Below the pieces are notes generated by a model that saw nothing but the letters and a program-made list of their open reading frames with translations, had not been told where the DNA came from and ran no database searches. This document shows positions 24,217 to 26,351 of a DNA stretch of 26,351 nt, piece after piece. Each line of letters opens with the position of its first letter. Within the stretch, counting starts at the first letter, position 1. Source of the DNA: a virus (Duplodnaviria; Caudoviricetes); IMG/VR virus record IMGVR_UViG_3300044513_000278, positions 1 through 26,351 of that record; one strand, written 5' to 3'. Both the position numbers and the translations under genes were made by a program.

Positions 24217-25980
24217 ATGCCTCGCAAGCGCCTTCAAGCGCCTTCTACGGGGGACTCTGTACTGGAGTCCCTTCAGAAGGACTTCAAACTATTTCTACAA
24301 GCACTTTGGTCACAACTAGACCTACCTTCCCCTACCCGTGCTCAATATGCAATCGCAGACTATCTTCAACATGGACCTAAGCGTCTTCAAATACAAGCTT
24401 TCCGTGGTGTTGGAAAAAGTTGGATCACGGGAGCTTTCGTTCTCTGGACTCTTTTCAATAACCCCGAAAAGAAAATCATGATCATCTCGGCTTCAAAGGA
24501 ACGTGCTGACAACATGTCGATCTTCCTTCAGAAGCTGATCATTGAGACACCGTGGTTAGTCCACCTAAGACCTAAGTCAGATGATGCGCGTTGGTCACGT
24601 ATCAGCTTTGACGTTAACTGTTCTCCTCACCAAGCACCTTCAGTTAAGTCAGTCGGTATTACTGGTCAGCTCACGGGTAGCCGTGCAGACCTGATGATTC
24701 TGGACGACATTGAAGTTCCGGGTAACAGCATGACGGAAATGATGAGGGAGAAGCTCTTGCAACTGTGTACGGAGGCTGAGTCCATCCTTACGCCTAAGCA
24801 AGACTCTCGCATCATGTATCTGGGTACACCTCAGACCACCTTTACTATCTACCGCAAGCTAGCTGAACGTAACTACAGACCGTTTGTTTGGCCAGCTCGT
24901 GTCCCAAGACAACTCTCTAACTACGAAGGTCTCCTGGCTCCACAACTCCAGGAAGACATTGACGGTGGTGCAGAAGCGTGGGACGTAACAGACCCTGATC
25001 GTTTTGCTAACGACGACCTGTTGGAACGTGAAGCAGCAATGGGTCGGAGCAACTTCATGCTCCAGTTCATGCTCGACACCAGTCTTAGCGATGCAGAGAA
25101 GTTCCCCCTCAAGTTCAGCGATCTCATCATTACCTCCGTTAACCCGACTCAAGCGCCAGATTCTTGTGTGTGGTGCAGTGACCCTCGTAACGTGCTCAAG
25201 GATCTGCCTACGGTTGGCTTACCGGGTGATTACTTTTATTCCCCCATGCAACTCCAAGGGGAATGGTCCGACTATCAAGAAACAATATGTTCAGTAGACC
25301 CCAGCGGTCGTGGTACTGACGAAACAGCAGCTACATACATCAGTCAAAAGAATGGCTTTCTCTACGTTCACGAAGTACGAGCGTACCGCGATGGTTATAG
25401 CGACAGTACACTTCTTGACATCCTTCGTGGGTGTAAGCGCTACAATGTTACCAAGCTTCTCATCGAAACAAACTTCGGTGATGGCATCGTCGCAGAACTG
25501 TTCAGGAAACACCTACAACAAACCAAACAAGGAATAGACGTAGAAGAAGTACGAGCAACTGTCCGTAAAGAAGAACGGATCATTGACTCTCTTGAACCCG
25601 TCATGAACCAACACCGACTCATCGTTGATCGGGGTGTGGTTGAGTGGGACTACGCTTCTAATAAAGACGAAGCTCCTGAGAAACGACTCCTGTACATGCT
25701 CTTCTACCAGATGAGTCGCATGTGTCGGGAGAAGTTTGCTATTAGGCACGATGACCGCCTAGACAGCCTTGCACAAGGCGTTAAATACTTCACCGACGCC
25801 ATGGGTATCTCCGCCCAAGAGGTCGTTAACCAACGGAAAAGAGACGAGTGGAACGACACCCTTCAATCCTTCCTAGACGACCCTCAACAAGCAACAGATC
25901 ACATGGTTTTAGGCATGACAATGGAACAAAAACAACAAGCAAGAGGCGGATCTAAAAACTCAGTCCCCACCTGGGTTTAG
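24217..25980 (+). CDS. Terminase large subunit (T7 gp19-like)
   Basis: IQAFRGVGKSWIT (Walker A), GQLTGSRADLMILDDIEVP (Walker B), YLGTPQT, nuclease motifs SVDPSGRG.DE, IETNFGDG and HDDRLD. Confidence 0.97.
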   Translation: MPRKRLQAPSTGDSVLESLQKDFKLFLQALWSQLDLPSPTRAQYAIADYLQHGPKRLQIQAFRGVGKSWITGAFVLWTLFNNPEKKIMIISASKERADNMSIFLQKLIIETPWLVHLRPKSDDARWSRISFDVNCSPHQAPSVKSVGITGQLTGSRADLMILDDIEVPGNSMTEMMREKLLQLCTEAESILTPKQDSRIMYLGTPQTTFTIYRKLAERNYRPFVWPARVPRQLSNYEGLLAPQLQEDIDGGAEAWDVTDPDRFANDDLLEREAAMGRSNFMLQFMLDTSLSDAEKFPLKFSDLIITSVNPTQAPDSCVWCSDPRNVLKDLPTVGLPGDYFYSPMQLQGEWSDYQETICSVDPSGRGTDETAATYISQKNGFLYVHEVRAYRDGYSDSTLLDILRGCKRYNVTKLLIETNFGDGIVAELFRKHLQQTKQGIDVEEVRATVRKEERIIDSLEPVMNQHRLIVDRGVVEWDYASNKDEAPEKRLLYMLFYQMSRMCREKFAIRHDDRLDSLAQGVKYFTDAMGISAQEVVNQRKRDEWNDTLQSFLDDPQQATDHMVLGMTMEQKQQARGGSKNSVPTWV

Positions 25981-25998
25981 GAGCGGTCAGGGACTTAT

Positions 25999-26181
25999 AC
26001 AGGGAGAAGGGAAGGGTGGACCCGACTTCCTGTGAGAGGAGGAGACACAAAATCTCCTCTTCTCCTTTCCTGTGAAACGCAGTCCGAAGGACTGGTTACT
26101 CCCGTGAAAGTACCACCACCAACGACACCAACTCCCGGTTGATCTAGTCAGTACTGTGAAAGGAACGAAGTTCTTACTCCC
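25999..26181. other. Structured non-coding region downstream of terL
   Basis: 12-bp stem 26034-26045/26053-26064; GGAAG/CTTCC 26010-26014/26026-26030; CAGTCC-GAA-GGACTG 26080-26094; GAAC-GAA-GTTC 26163-26173; direct repeats TTCCTGTGA and TTACTCCC. Confidence 0.55.
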
Positions 26182-26223
26182 ATCTCTACTGTTATCAACT
26201 CTCCGTTATCCACCACTTAACCT

Positions 26224-26351
26224 ATGACCCATAAAGCATCCCTTGTACACATCACCCCTAACGCTGAGGAGTTAGTTGCGTACATGGCTAGGGTGTCTAA
26301 TCCATCCAACCAATCAAACACTAAGACTAGTGCTAAACTAATTAAGTATCT
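26224..26351 (+). CDS. thyX: Flavin-dependent thymidylate synthase, 5' end (partial)
   Basis: Manual translation MTHKASLVHITPNAEELVAYMARVSNPSNQSNTKTSAKLIKY matches the ThyX N-terminus (ITP.AE..IAY.ARVSNP.NQ......LI.Y). The catalytic RHRxxS motif lies outside the window. Confidence 0.85.
   Translation, partial: MTHKASLVHITPNAEELVAYMARVSNPSNQSNTKTSAKLIKY

Noticed and set aside
25981-26223. tRNA gene in the post-terL or pre-capsid intergenic regions
   Set aside because: No cloverleaf or T-loop (GTTCRA) consensus found by eye.

Overview
The window is the late (virion, lysis and packaging) half of a T7-like cyanobacterial podovirus (Autographiviridae-type cyanopodovirus). All real genes are on the + strand. 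Order: 3' end of an RlpA-like gene; an intact psbA (D1); a densely structured 186-nt intergenic leader; major capsid; a 59-aa ORF missed by the ORF track; a T-phi-like terminator; tail tubular proteins A and B; three internal virion proteins; three tail-fibre/receptor-binding genes and an assembly-like gene; a lysis cassette (53-aa ORF, GH73 endolysin, holin-like protein); terminase small subunit; an insert of three HNH-like genes and a Lys/Pro-rich protein; terminase large subunit; a structured non-coding region; the 5' end of thyX. The most unusual items are the switch-like RNA leader ahead of the capsid gene, the HNH cluster coupled to terS, an apparently circularly permuted M15/LAS peptidase on the gp15-like protein, and the three-way-junction/cGAAg-hairpin region after terL. 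All product calls come from recalled motifs and gene order; no database search was run.
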